From contig CAVYIM010000007.1 of assembly GCA_963768655.1 (NCBI GenBank), positions 128,001 through 192,000 of the forward strand: DNA of 64,000 nt, read 5' to 3'. The notes below the pieces were generated by a model, which saw only the letters and a list, made by a program, of their open reading frames with translations, was not told the DNA's origin and made no database searches. Source of the stretch: an uncultured Chloroflexia bacterium. Lineage in GTDB: Bacteria; Chloroflexota; Limnocylindria; Limnocylindrales; CSP1-4. Shown here piece after piece: positions 22,998 through 32,810 of this stretch; position 1 is the stretch's first letter; each line of letters begins with the position of its first letter. The translations under genes and the position numbers were made by a program.

Positions 22998-23111
22998 CGG
23001 CCCGCCGGGTCGGCCGGGCCGGGCGGTCGCGCCCCGACCTCGTTCGCCGGACATGCCCAGGCGGTACGATTGCGCGCATTCAGCGCGGTAGGATCGGCCG
23101 GAGGAGCGACA

Positions 23112-24569
23112 GTGCCCAGCGAGGGTTTCGTCACCAGCATCACCCGCCAGTCCGAGAACTTCCCGGAGTGGTACAACGACGTCGTCCTGAAGGCCGAGCT
23201 GGCCGACTACTCCCCGGTTCGCGGCTGCATGATCATCCGGCCGTACGGGTACGCTATCTGGGAATCGATGCAGGGCGAGCTCGACCGCCACATCAAGGCG
23301 ACCGGCCACAGCAACGTCTACTTCCCGCTGTTCGTTCCGCGCTCGCTCCTGGAGAAGGAAGCCGAGCACGTCGAGGGCTTCAACCCCCAGGTCGCCTGGG
23401 TGACACACGCCGGCGGCAAGGCCCTCGACGAGTGGCTGGCCATCCGCCCCACCAGCGAGGCGATCATCGCCGACAGCGTGAAGGACTGGATCCAGTCCTA
23501 CCGCGACCTGCCGCTGTTGATGAACATCTGGAACAACGTCGTCCGCTGGGAGCTGCGCACGCGCCTGTTCCTGCGAACGGCGGAGTTCCTCTGGCAGGAG
23601 GCCCACACCTTCCACGCCAGCCGCGAGGAAGCCCAGGCAGAGGTCGCGACCGGCCTCGACTGCTACGACAAGGTGTCCGAAGAATGGCTGGCCATCCCGG
23701 TCATCAAGGGCCGCAAGACGGACAGCGAGAAGTTCCCCGGCGCCGAGTTCACGTGGTGCATCGAAGCCATGATGCGCGACAAGAAGGCCCTCCAGGCCGG
23801 CACGAGCCACATGCTCGGCCAGAACTTCGCCAGGGCGGCCGGGATCGAGTTCCTGGACCGGGACAACGTCCGCAAGAACCCGTACGGAACGTCGTGGGGG
23901 TTCTCCACCCGCATGGTCGGGGCGACGGTGATGGCTCACGGCGACGACTCCGGGCTCGTGCTGCCACCCAACGTCGCGCCGGTCCAGGTCGTCATCGTGC
24001 CGATCTTCCGCAAGGACGAGGAGCGGGCCGCCGTCGCCGCGGCGATCGATCGCTTCCAGGCGGCGCTGGCCGAGACGCCCGAAGGAAGGGCGGTCCGGGT
24101 CAAGGTCGACTGGAGCGACGACTCGCCGGGCTTCAAGTACAACCACTGGGAGCTGCGCGGCGTGCCGTTCCGCCTGGAGATCGGGCCGCGCGACCTTGCG
24201 GCGGGCCAGGCTGTGGTCGTCAAGCGGGTCGATCGGTCGAAGGAGGCCGTCCCGCTCGATCGGCTTGCGGCCGAGCTGCCGGCTCGTCTGCGCGCCTACC
24301 AGGCCGAGCTGCTCGCGCGCGCCCGTGACTTCCGCGACTCGAACACGCATCACGTCGACACGTACCAGGCGCTCAAGGACGGCCTCGACGGCGAGGGTGG
24401 CTTCTTCCTGGCGCCGTGGTGCGGTGACGCGAAGTGTGAGAAGCAGGTCAACGAGGAGACCGGCGCTACGATCCGCTGCATCCCGTTCGATTCACCGGAC
24501 GAGACGGGCAAGTGCATCGTCTGCGGGGCGGTTTCGGAGCGACGGGTGCTCTTCGCCCGCGCCTACTGA
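23112..24569 (+). CDS. proS: Proline--tRNA ligase (archaeal/eukaryote-like type, no INS editing domain)
   Basis: RPTSE, VVRWE..LFLRT.EFLWQE, QAGTSH.LGQNF, C-terminal Cys motifs and FARAY. GTG at 23112 follows GGAGGAG. Confidence 0.96.
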   Translation: MPSEGFVTSITRQSENFPEWYNDVVLKAELADYSPVRGCMIIRPYGYAIWESMQGELDRHIKATGHSNVYFPLFVPRSLLEKEAEHVEGFNPQVAWVTHAGGKALDEWLAIRPTSEAIIADSVKDWIQSYRDLPLLMNIWNNVVRWELRTRLFLRTAEFLWQEAHTFHASREEAQAEVATGLDCYDKVSEEWLAIPVIKGRKTDSEKFPGAEFTWCIEAMMRDKKALQAGTSHMLGQNFARAAGIEFLDRDNVRKNPYGTSWGFSTRMVGATVMAHGDDSGLVLPPNVAPVQVVIVPIFRKDEERAAVAAAIDRFQAALAETPEGRAVRVKVDWSDDSPGFKYNHWELRGVPFRLEIGPRDLAAGQAVVVKRVDRSKEAVPLDRLAAELPARLRAYQAELLARARDFRDSNTHHVDTYQALKDGLDGEGGFFLAPWCGDAKCEKQVNEETGATIRCIPFDSPDETGKCIVCGAVSERRVLFARAY

Positions 24570-24624
24570 GGCGCGCTCTCGCCGGCGGCGGGAGGCTTCG
24601 ACCCAGGGATGCCGAACGCCGGGT

Positions 24625-25842
24625 TCAGGCGTGCCAGGCGATGCCCCAGATGACGCCGAAATAGACGGAGCCGATGCTCGCCACGATGAGGAGCCGCTCC
24701 GGCCAGCCGACCCAGCGCCGCGACCCGATTGCCATGAGCGCCACGAGGAATGGCGTGAAGTCGAGGGAGTAACGGAAGCCGTACTGGACGAAGCCGCCGC
24801 CGTAATAGAGGAAGACCGGCACGGCGACAAAGGCCGTCGCAATCCACAACAGCTGCGCAGTTCGGTCGCGGATGCCAGCCCAGGCGGACGTCAGCAACGC
24901 CGGCGAGACCAGCAGCATCGACATGCCCCACCTGCTCGGCACCAGGAACGGGAGGCTGTTCATCGTGCCCGGGAGGGCCAGAAAGGCCAGGCGCAGGTTT
25001 TCCGGTATCTGGCGAATCGAGAAAAGGCCCATTGCCCTGCGTTCGACCAGGCTCGGCTGGCTGATGTACGAGATGGCGTAGCCGGATTCGAGCAGGGACC
25101 CGAACCGAACCCAGTTGAACCAGCAATACACGCCCAGGGAGCCGGCGATCGGCAGGCCGAAGGCCACGGCGCTACGCGACGCCGCCCGCAGTTCGTGTCG
25201 CTGCCTCCAGAGAAACACCACTCCAAATGGCGCGGCCGCGATCAGGGTGGTTGGCCGGGCCAGGAAGGATACGGCCAGCATCGCGCCGAGAACCACCGAT
25301 CGGCGGCGACGGCTCCATTCCAGCAGGAAGACCGTCAGCGCCAGGAAGGATTCGGCGTGGGCCAGGTAGTACATGTCGCCGACGACGGAGACGTAGAAGA
25401 GCAGCGATCCGAAGGCGGTGAAAGCCGCGATCCAGTACGCGTCCGTTCCTTTCGCCCCGAATGCGCGGGCGAGCGGCAACGACAGCCACGCCGCCGGAAT
25501 GCCGAAGAGCAGGCAGGCGACGTAGCGGCCGATCCCCTGCAGGGCCGGCACGGCGGCGAACGGCAGGTAGGGGAGCAGCTGCATCGGGCCCAGGGCCAGG
25601 TAGTAGCGGCCGTCGAAGTAGACGGTGTCGACGCCGCCCTTCAGGGCATCGGAGTCAAGATGACCGCTCAGGGCCCGTTCGGCGACGGTCATCATCATGT
25701 CCGGCTTGAGCGAGTCCAGGCTGATGGCCAGGGCCGTCGCCGCCACGTACGCGAAGAGCACCGCGACCCCAAACAGGAGATCCGCGTTGGCGACGCGAGA
25801 GCGGGGTACCGGTAGATGCCGCGACGGGATGGTGACGGTCAT
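24625..25842 (-). CDS. Polytopic membrane protein, probable GT-C fold glycosyltransferase
   Basis: About 405 aa with many TM segments. Motifs include D...DGRYY..GP, ARP, FNWVRFGS..E.GY and QYGFRY.LD. Start placed at ATG 25842; the longer 700-aa call overlaps the next gene antisense. Confidence 0.6.
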   Translation of the reverse strand: MTVTIPSRHLPVPRSRVANADLLFGVAVLFAYVAATALAISLDSLKPDMMMTVAERALSGHLDSDALKGGVDTVYFDGRYYLALGPMQLLPYLPFAAVPALQGIGRYVACLLFGIPAAWLSLPLARAFGAKGTDAYWIAAFTAFGSLLFYVSVVGDMYYLAHAESFLALTVFLLEWSRRRRSVVLGAMLAVSFLARPTTLIAAAPFGVVFLWRQRHELRAASRSAVAFGLPIAGSLGVYCWFNWVRFGSLLESGYAISYISQPSLVERRAMGLFSIRQIPENLRLAFLALPGTMNSLPFLVPSRWGMSMLLVSPALLTSAWAGIRDRTAQLLWIATAFVAVPVFLYYGGGFVQYGFRYSLDFTPFLVALMAIGSRRWVGWPERLLIVASIGSVYFGVIWGIAWHA

Positions 25843-26047
25843 GGTGATTGGCCAAGGTACGCCAAGGATGCCCGGAGCCGCAACGTCGCCGCGCCACCGC
25901 CGGGGTCCGGCGAAAATGGACCGCGTTGCCCGGAGGGTGAATCGTAGAATCTTCACCAGAGCGACGTTCCTGTCTCCGCTCCGGGCAGCCGGTCGGATGC
26001 CTGGCGGGTGTAGTCCGGATCGGCCCTCCAGAGGAGCGTGAGTAGCC

Positions 26048-27802
26048 TTGAAGCGGGTCTTGCGAACGGCGCCGTCGCTCTCGTTGGTCGCCGCCGCCGC
26101 TCTGCTGCTCTCGCCCGGGCTGTGGCTCGGGCCCGGGTTCGACGCGTCGGTGTACACGCTGGCCGGCGTTCGGATTCGCGACGGGTACATGCCGTACACG
26201 GACCTGTTCGACAACAAGCCGCCAGGCTTGTACCTCCTCAACGCATTCGGCCAGACGCTCCTGCCGTGGCTCGACCCCTGGCTCGTGGCCTGGATCCTGA
26301 GCCTGGTGTTCACGGCCTGCACGATCCTCGTCGTGCGCCGTTTGTTGGGAAGGCGACTGTCGCCCGTTGCCGCCTTCCTGGTGAGCCTGGTATGCCTGGT
26401 GGGGATCGCGTCGTATCCGATCGCCCTGGGCGGTGGTATGACGGAGACGTTCGCGATCCTGCCTCTCGTCCTGGCTCTGTGGGCGGTTTCGACGCTACGA
26501 TCCGGCTGGCGAACGGCCGCTCTTGTCGCGGGTCTTGGGAGCCTTGCTTGCCTGTTCTCGGTGCAGGCTCTACCGGCGTCGCTGGTCCTTGCCGGGGCGG
26601 CGGTGCTCGTCGGCTCGAGGCCGGCGGAGGCCGCTCGCCGTTCCGTGGGCGCCCTCGCCGGCGGATGTTGCGTGCCGCTGGTGATCGCCGGCTGGCTTGC
26701 CGGGCGCGGGGCGATCGGTGACGCCATCGACCAGGTGGTCGTCTACAACGGTTCGTATCGCGACTCGAGCACCGGCCTGGGCCACATGCTGCCCGTCACG
26801 TTTGCCATCCTTGCGTGCCTCGCCATTCCGGTTGCGATTGCCCTCCTGCGCATGTTCCGGGCTCCGCACGAGTTCGATCGTGTGTCGTGGTCGTGCCTTG
26901 TCTGGATCCCGGCGGAGGTCGCGATCATCGACTACGAGAATCGCGTGTTCCTCCACTACCTGATCCTGCTTGTTCCGCCGATCGTCCTCCTGGCGGCCCC
27001 GGGCGTTGAGTGGCTCATATCTGCCGTCCGAGTGTCGCCGAGCAGCAGGCGCAGAAGCCTGCGTCTGGTCGTCGTCAGCGCGGCTCTGGTAATGGTCTAT
27101 GTGTCGGGCCTGACGATCGCCGGCCTGTTCGGCATTACGACCTCCGCCTCGGCACAGGCGCAGGCCGTCACCGAGCGCACCGCGGATTGGATCAAGGCAA
27201 ACACTCCGGCATCGACGACGCTCTTCCTTTGGGGTGACGACACGGACCTGTATCTGGCCGCCGACAGGCGTCCGTACGACAGGCACGTGTACCAGTATCC
27301 GATGGTCACGGCGGGATACTGGTCTGCGGCGAAGACCGCCGCCATCCTGTCGGCGTGGACTGCCTCGCCGCCGCCGGTGATCGTCGAGAGTCCGGCCAAC
27401 GTCCCCATGTTTGCGCCGCAGGCCGACCCCGCGGAGCCGCCCGACTACGACACGCTGGCGCCGCTTCGGAGCTACGTTCACGCTCACTATCGGCTGGCGG
27501 CCACGTTCGGGGGGTCTGACGACTTCGCCGACGTCTATGTCTACGTGCCGTCGAGCTCACAGCCGGCGACGGGCCCGATCGGCTCAATTCGCAGCATGGC
27601 TCCGGATGGGGGCCCCTTGGATGGCCCCTGGGCGCCGTGTATACTCTGCCCAATCTACCGGCCGCTCGTGACGTGGGTGACCCCCACGTCTTTTGTTGAG
27701 TGGCTGGTGGGCCGGGCAGCCGGCCGGCGGTCGAATCCATCAAGTCGGGAGGCGCGAAATGAGTCGAGATTTCGTCGGCGCCCTCCTGCAGCTCAACGCT
27801 GA
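26048..27802 (+). CDS. ArnT/PMT (GT39/GT83)-like membrane glycosyltransferase (last ~80 codons doubtful)
   Basis: DASVY...G..PY.DLFDNKPPG first-loop motif, TE motif, multiple TMs, HY motif and a soluble C-terminal domain. Confidence 0.72.
   Translation: MKRVLRTAPSLSLVAAAALLLSPGLWLGPGFDASVYTLAGVRIRDGYMPYTDLFDNKPPGLYLLNAFGQTLLPWLDPWLVAWILSLVFTACTILVVRRLLGRRLSPVAAFLVSLVCLVGIASYPIALGGGMTETFAILPLVLALWAVSTLRSGWRTAALVAGLGSLACLFSVQALPASLVLAGAAVLVGSRPAEAARRSVGALAGGCCVPLVIAGWLAGRGAIGDAIDQVVVYNGSYRDSSTGLGHMLPVTFAILACLAIPVAIALLRMFRAPHEFDRVSWSCLVWIPAEVAIIDYENRVFLHYLILLVPPIVLLAAPGVEWLISAVRVSPSSRRRSLRLVVVSAALVMVYVSGLTIAGLFGITTSASAQAQAVTERTADWIKANTPASTTLFLWGDDTDLYLAADRRPYDRHVYQYPMVTAGYWSAAKTAAILSAWTASPPPVIVESPANVPMFAPQADPAEPPDYDTLAPLRSYVHAHYRLAATFGGSDDFADVYVYVPSSSQPATGPIGSIRSMAPDGGPLDGPWAPCILCPIYRPLVTWVTPTSFVEWLVGRAAGRRSNPSSREARNESRFRRRPPAAQR
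27617..27645 (+). promoter_or_regulatory. Sigma70-type promoter of the nusA-infB operon
   Basis: TTGGAT (27617-27622), a 17-bp spacer, then TATACT (27640-27645). Confidence 0.65.
27670..27697 (+). terminator. Leader hairpin/attenuator upstream of nusA
   Basis: GACGTGGG-tgacc-CCCACGTC followed by TTTTGTT, about 25 nt after the -10 box. Confidence 0.7.
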
Positions 27803-28973
27803 GAAGGGGGTCTCACGCGAGCAGCTGATTCGGACCGTCGAGGAGGCCATCCAGTCGGCATACCGCCGGACGCCCGGGGACGAGGACATCCACGTCCGCA
27901 TCGATGCCGAGTCGGGCAAGGTGCGCGTCTTCCGCGCCCGCGTCGTGGCCGATGAAATCGAGGATCCCGCGACTGAGATCAGCGTCGCGGACGCCCAGGC
28001 ATTCCAGCCGGGCGCCGAGCCGGGCGATCTGGTCGAGACCGAACAGCTGGATCAGGAGGCTTTCGGCCGAATCCATGCCCAGACGGCGAAGCAGGTCGTG
28101 CTGCAGCGGCTCCACGAGGCCGAGCGCAACGTCGTCTTCGACCACTACGCCAGCAGCGAAGGCGAGCTGATGACGGGCACCGTCTCCCGTATCGAGCCGC
28201 GCGCCATCATCCTCGACGTCGGCAAGGCCGAGGCGATCCTAGCCACCACGGAACAGTCGCCGCTCGAGCACTACCGCATCGGCCAGAACGTCAAGGCCTT
28301 CGTCCTGGAAGTGCGCCGCAGCGCCAAGGGGCCGCAGATCTATGTCAGCCGGACCCATAAGGGGTTCCTGCGCCGCCTCTTCGAGCTTGAAGTGCCGGAG
28401 ATCCACGGCGGCACGGTCGAAATCAAAGCCATCGCCCGCGAGGCGGGCAGCCGCTCGAAGGTTGCCGTGGCGTCCCGTCAGCCGGGGCTGGATCCGGTGG
28501 GCGCGACCGTGGGTCAGCGAGGCGCGCGCGTTCAGGCCGTCGTGGCCGAGCTGGGTGGGGAGAAGATCGACGTCATCGAATGGTCCGAGGACGCCTCCAC
28601 TTTCGTGGCCAAGGCGCTGAGCCCGGCCCAGGTGATCGAGGTCCGGATCGACGAAGAGCACCGCATCGCCAACGTGGTCGTGCCCGAGCGCATGCTCTCC
28701 CTGGCCATCGGCCGAGAGGGTCAAAACGCTCGTCTGGCAGCCAAGCTGACGGGCTGGCGAATCGACATCCGGAGCGACGTCTCCGTCGCCGAAGCGGCCC
28801 GGGTCGAGGCCGCCCAGACCGCGGCGGCAACGACCACGGAATCGACCGAGGCGGGCGAGACGGCTGCGGACCAGCCGGTCGCGGCGAAGCCCAAGCGCCG
28901 AAAGGCGGCCGCGAAGTCCGAGGACATCGAGCCTGCTGCCGAACCGGCGGTCACCGAGGAGGTGCCGTCGTAG
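27759..28973 (+). CDS. nusA: Transcription termination/antitermination factor NusA
   Basis: FGRIHAQTAKQV, S1 domain, AREAGSRSKVAV, LSLAIGREGQNARLAAKLTGWRIDI. Confidence 0.97.
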   Translation: MSRDFVGALLQLNAEKGVSREQLIRTVEEAIQSAYRRTPGDEDIHVRIDAESGKVRVFRARVVADEIEDPATEISVADAQAFQPGAEPGDLVETEQLDQEAFGRIHAQTAKQVVLQRLHEAERNVVFDHYASSEGELMTGTVSRIEPRAIILDVGKAEAILATTEQSPLEHYRIGQNVKAFVLEVRRSAKGPQIYVSRTHKGFLRRLFELEVPEIHGGTVEIKAIAREAGSRSKVAVASRQPGLDPVGATVGQRGARVQAVVAELGGEKIDVIEWSEDASTFVAKALSPAQVIEVRIDEEHRIANVVVPERMLSLAIGREGQNARLAAKLTGWRIDIRSDVSVAEAARVEAAQTAAATTTESTEAGETAADQPVAAKPKRRKAAAKSEDIEPAAEPAVTEEVPS

Positions 28974-29275
28974 CCCGGGGCGCGCCCCCGCGGCGCTATC
29001 CGACCCGATCGTGCGTCGTCTGCCGCCAGCCCCGGCAGAAGCGTGAGCTGACGCGCGTGGTCCGGACGCCGGACGGGCGTGTCGTCCTGGACCCGACAGG
29101 CAGGCTGCCTGGGCGCGGAGCATATGTGTGTGGAACGCAGGAGTGCCGGACGGCGGCACTCGACAAAGGATCGCTCCAGCGCGCGCTGGAAGTGCCGATC
29201 CCGGTGGAGCTCCGGGCCGAGCTGACAGGGGAGGCGAGCAGGATCGAAGCAGGAGGTAGTCGTGGCCAAGAGTAG
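28970..29275 (+). CDS. rnpM: YlxR/RnpM (DUF448) RNA-binding protein; start codon non-canonical or uncertain
   Basis: PTRSCVVCR...ELTRVVR...GRGAYVC...C, located between nusA and infB. Confidence 0.88.
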   Translation, partial: VARGAPPRRYPTRSCVVCRQPRQKRELTRVVRTPDGRVVLDPTGRLPGRGAYVCGTQECRTAALDKGSLQRALEVPIPVELRAELTGEASRIEAGGSRGQE

Positions 29276-31169
29276 GAGCGGCACGCGGGGCCGTCGTGGT
29301 CCGCGCAAGCCGATGCGCCGCGACGCCGTTGCGCAGGGCGCCGCAGCAGTTCTAGATCCGCGGGAGCGCGGCGCCATCGAGCTGCCTTCGAGCATCACCG
29401 TCAAGGACTTGGCCGATCTGCTGGGGGTCAATCCCGCGGACGTCATCCGCGAGCTCATCAAGAGCGGCATCTTCGCCAACATCAACCAGGGCATCGATCG
29501 CGAGACGGCGTCGCTGGTGGCGGAGGAGCTGGGTTACGAAGTCGCCGAAGTCGCAGTGTCGGGCCAGACTGCCAACGCCGACGGGTCAATGCCCGAGACG
29601 GCACCGGTAAGCGCTGCAACCAAAGAGCAGCTCTACGTGGAGGACGAAGAGTCGCTCCTGCAGCCGCGCGCCCCGATCGTGACCGTCATGGGCCACGTCG
29701 ACCATGGCAAGACGTCCCTGCTCGACGCCATCCGGACCACCAAGGTCGCGGCCGGCGAGCGGGGCGGCATCACCCAGCACATCGGCGCCAGCGAAGTCGT
29801 CAAGGACGGCCGCCACATCGTCTTCCTGGACACGCCGGGTCACGAGGCCTTCACGGCGATGCGCGCCCGCGGCGCGAAGGTCACCGACATCGCCGTCGTG
29901 GTCGTGGCCGCGGACGACGGCGTCATGCCTCAGACGCTCGAGGCGATCGACCACGCCCGCGCAGCAAAGGTCCCGATCATCATCGCCCTCAACAAGATCG
30001 ACAAGCCCGACGCCAACGCCGACCGTGTCAAGAACGGCCTGGCGGAGGCGGGCGTGGTCGTCGAGGAGTACGGCGGCGACGTTCCGATGGTGCCCGTCTC
30101 GGCGAAGGCCCGCCTCGGCATCGACGAGCTGCTCGAAATGATCAATCTCGTGGCGGATCTGCAGGAGCTCAAGGCCAATCCCAAGCGGCCCGCCGTGGGG
30201 ACGATCGTCGAGGCCGAGCTGGACAAGGGACGAGGCCCGGTGGCGACGGCCCTGGTCCAGACAGGGACACTGCGAGTCGGCGACGTCATCGTCGTCGGTG
30301 AGACCTACGGCAAGGTCCGCGCTCTCGAGAACGCCCTGGGCAAGCGCATTACCAAGGCCGGTCCGTCGAGCCCGGCGGTGGTGCTGGGGCTGGCAGACGT
30401 GCCGGAGGCCGGCGACATCCTGCGCGTGGTTGCCGACGAGAAGACAGCCCGCACCATGGTCGAGGAGAGAAAGGCCGCCACGGCCGCCCGCACGGAGGGC
30501 AGCGGCCGCGCCACTCTCGAGGATCTGTACGCGCAGATCCAGGCCGGCCAGACCAAGGAGCTGCGAATCATCCTCAAGACGGACGTGTCGGGGTCGCTCG
30601 GCGCCATCACGCACGCCCTGCAGCAACTCTCCACGGATGAGGTCCGGATCAACGTCCTGCACGAGGCCGCCGGCGATGTGACCGACAACGACATCATGCT
30701 CGCGGCGGCATCCGACGCGATCGTGGTGGCCTTCAGCACGAAGGTGACGGACACCGCCCGGCGCGCTGCGGAGTCCGAGAAGGTCGACGTCCGCCTGTAC
30801 GACATCATCTACAAGCTCACCGACGACATCTCGGCGGCCCTCCGGGGCATGCTCGAGCCAGAGCAGGTCGAAACCGTGGAAGGTCGGGCCGAGGTTCGCC
30901 AGATCTTCAAGGTCGGCAAGGTCGCGGTCATCGCGGGTTGCTACGTGACCGACGGACGGATCGTTCGCGGCGGTGGCGCGCGCGTCTGGCGTGGCGGCAA
31001 GGTGATCACCACGGACAGGATCGAGTCGTTGCGACGATTCCGGGACGACGTCCGCGAGGTCGCCACCAACTTCGAATGCGGCATCGGGCTGGCGGGGTCG
31101 AACGATCTGGTCGAAGGAGACGTCATCGAGTGCTTCACCCAGCAAATGGTGAGCCGGGCGGCGGGTTGA
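29262..31169 (+). CDS. infB: Translation initiation factor IF-2 (short N-terminus)
   Basis: [33 protein letters not shown]. Confidence 0.98.
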   Translation: MAKSRSGTRGRRGPRKPMRRDAVAQGAAAVLDPRERGAIELPSSITVKDLADLLGVNPADVIRELIKSGIFANINQGIDRETASLVAEELGYEVAEVAVSGQTANADGSMPETAPVSAATKEQLYVEDEESLLQPRAPIVTVMGHVDHGKTSLLDAIRTTKVAAGERGGITQHIGASEVVKDGRHIVFLDTPGHEAFTAMRARGAKVTDIAVVVVAADDGVMPQTLEAIDHARAAKVPIIIALNKIDKPDANADRVKNGLAEAGVVVEEYGGDVPMVPVSAKARLGIDELLEMINLVADLQELKANPKRPAVGTIVEAELDKGRGPVATALVQTGTLRVGDVIVVGETYGKVRALENALGKRITKAGPSSPAVVLGLADVPEAGDILRVVADEKTARTMVEERKAATAARTEGSGRATLEDLYAQIQAGQTKELRIILKTDVSGSLGAITHALQQLSTDEVRINVLHEAAGDVTDNDIMLAAASDAIVVAFSTKVTDTARRAAESEKVDVRLYDIIYKLTDDISAALRGMLEPEQVETVEGRAEVRQIFKVGKVAVIAGCYVTDGRIVRGGGARVWRGGKVITTDRIESLRRFRDDVREVATNFECGIGLAGSNDLVEGDVIECFTQQMVSRAAG

Positions 31170-31212
31170 CCCGTCGCCGCGACCCCTGCCGGAGTCGGAG
31201 TAAGCGAGCCCG

Positions 31213-31773
31213 ATGAGCCAACGAACCGAACGAATCGACGAGCTTCTTCGCCAGGAGATCGGGCGGGCGCTAGAGGGCGAGCTGGCCGATCCCGGGATCG
31301 GCTTCGTCACCGTCACCGACGTCGAGACGAGCCCGGATCTGGCCCACGCGCGCGTCTGGGTGAGTGTCATCGGGACGGAGGAGCAGCGCAAAGAAACGCT
31401 GGCGGCGCTGCGTCGGGCGATGCCGTACGTCCGTCACGGCCTCAACTCGAAGATTCGGCTGCGGCGGATACCCGAACTCGACGTCCGCCTGGACGATTCG
31501 ATCGAACGGGGGACGCGAGTGCTGCATCTGATCAACGAGCTCGAGGCCGGACGTGATCCGGAGGAGGCCGCGGCCCCGCTCGAGTCGCTTCCGACCCCGG
31601 TCGCACGTTTGCCCCACGAGGGCGACGTACCCGAACCTGGCTCTGCCGTGCTCCCGCCGTCGAAGCCCAGAACGAAGCCGGGGCGCCGGCCGGCGGCCGG
31701 CCGAGGCGGGAAATCCGGGTCGAAGCCGGCGTCAAAGCCCGGTCGCGGAGACGGCCGGAGAGGAAGCCGATGA
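31213..31773 (+). CDS. rbfA: Ribosome-binding factor A with basic C-terminal tail
   Basis: DPGIGFVTVT.VETSPDL..ARV, LRRIPEL...D.SIE.G. Confidence 0.94.
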   Translation: MSQRTERIDELLRQEIGRALEGELADPGIGFVTVTDVETSPDLAHARVWVSVIGTEEQRKETLAALRRAMPYVRHGLNSKIRLRRIPELDVRLDDSIERGTRVLHLINELEAGRDPEEAAAPLESLPTPVARLPHEGDVPEPGSAVLPPSKPRTKPGRRPAAGRGGKSGSKPASKPGRGDGRRGSR

Positions 31774-32810
31774 GCGCCACCGAGCCGCGTGTCGATCTCT
31801 CCGAGTTCGCGGCCGCGGTGCCCCAGGAGGTGGTTGACCGCCTTCGAGCCGGGCGGCGGGTTCTGACGATCTGCCACGAGAACCCCGAGGCCGATGCGCT
31901 CGGTTCTGCGCTCGCGATCGCGCTGCTGGTCGAAGCGGGTGGGGGAGTGGCCACGCCCGTGTGCGCGGACCCGATGCCGGCGGTGTACGGCTTCCTGCCG
32001 GGCATGGACCGCTTTCGGCGCGAGCCGGCCGCCGATCTCGACTACGACCTTCTGGTCGTGGGCGACTGCGGCGAGCTGGAGCGGATCGGGCCCGTGCTGG
32101 AATCGCACCGGGCGCTCTTCGAGCGGGTGCCGATCCTCGACATCGACCACCACGTGTCGAACCGGCATTTCGGCGCCTTCGATTGGGTCGATCCGCGCAG
32201 CTCGGCCACGTGCGAGATGGTGACCCTCCTGGCCTGGCGAATGGGCGTCCCGCTGACGGCGGCGGACGGGACGCTCGCGTCGGCCCTTGCGGCAGGCGTG
32301 GTCATGGACACCGGCAACTTCCAGCACACCAATACGACGCCGCGCACCCTCGTAGTGGCCGCGGCCCTGCGCGAGGCGGGCGCGCCACTCAGCGAGATCG
32401 CCCGCCGGATCTACCGCACCAAGCCCAACAGCCAGCTCGTTCTCTTCGGCCGCGTCCTGTCGAGGCTCGAGTCAGACTGCGGTGGCAGGCTGGTCTGGTC
32501 CACGCTCGAACTGGCCGACCTGGCCGCGGCGGGGGCCGGCTCGGACGAGTCCGAGGGTCTCGTCGACATGCTCGCCCAGGCCCGCGACGCCGACGTCGCA
32601 ATTCTCTTCAAGGAAGCTGACGGGGCGACACGCATGAGCGTCCGAACGCGCGACGGCGTGGATGCCACCGTGCTGACCGGCACGTTCGGCGGCGGCGGGC
32701 ATGCTCGCGCCGCCGGGGCGACCGTCCGCCTGCCGCTGATCGAGGCGCGCCGCGTGGTGCTGGCTCGTGCCGTCGAACTGGTGGAAGCTGGCGGGCCGAA
32801 GGCGCAATGA
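31770..32810 (+). CDS. nrnA: DHH/DHHA1 phosphoesterase (NrnA-like nanoRNase/pAp phosphatase)
   Basis: HENPEADALGS, DIDHH, DTGNF, SVR and GGGGHARAAG, in the rbfA-nrnA-truB order. Confidence 0.9.
   Translation: MSATEPRVDLSEFAAAVPQEVVDRLRAGRRVLTICHENPEADALGSALAIALLVEAGGGVATPVCADPMPAVYGFLPGMDRFRREPAADLDYDLLVVGDCGELERIGPVLESHRALFERVPILDIDHHVSNRHFGAFDWVDPRSSATCEMVTLLAWRMGVPLTAADGTLASALAAGVVMDTGNFQHTNTTPRTLVVAAALREAGAPLSEIARRIYRTKPNSQLVLFGRVLSRLESDCGGRLVWSTLELADLAAAGAGSDESEGLVDMLAQARDADVAILFKEADGATRMSVRTRDGVDATVLTGTFGGGGHARAAGATVRLPLIEARRVVLARAVELVEAGGPKAQ

Noticed and set aside
21720-24353. Long antisense or alternate-frame ORFs (e.g. 877 aa at 21720-24353, 684 aa at 3346-5400, 630 aa at 14573-16465, 601 aa at 29586-31391)
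   Set aside because: These are shadow ORFs expected at this GC content. They overlap well-identified genes and have no motifs.
25843-26727. N-terminal ~295 aa of the 700-aa minus-strand ORF
   Set aside because: It is low-complexity and antisense to the GT39-like gene. Protein-like sequence begins near ATG 25842.
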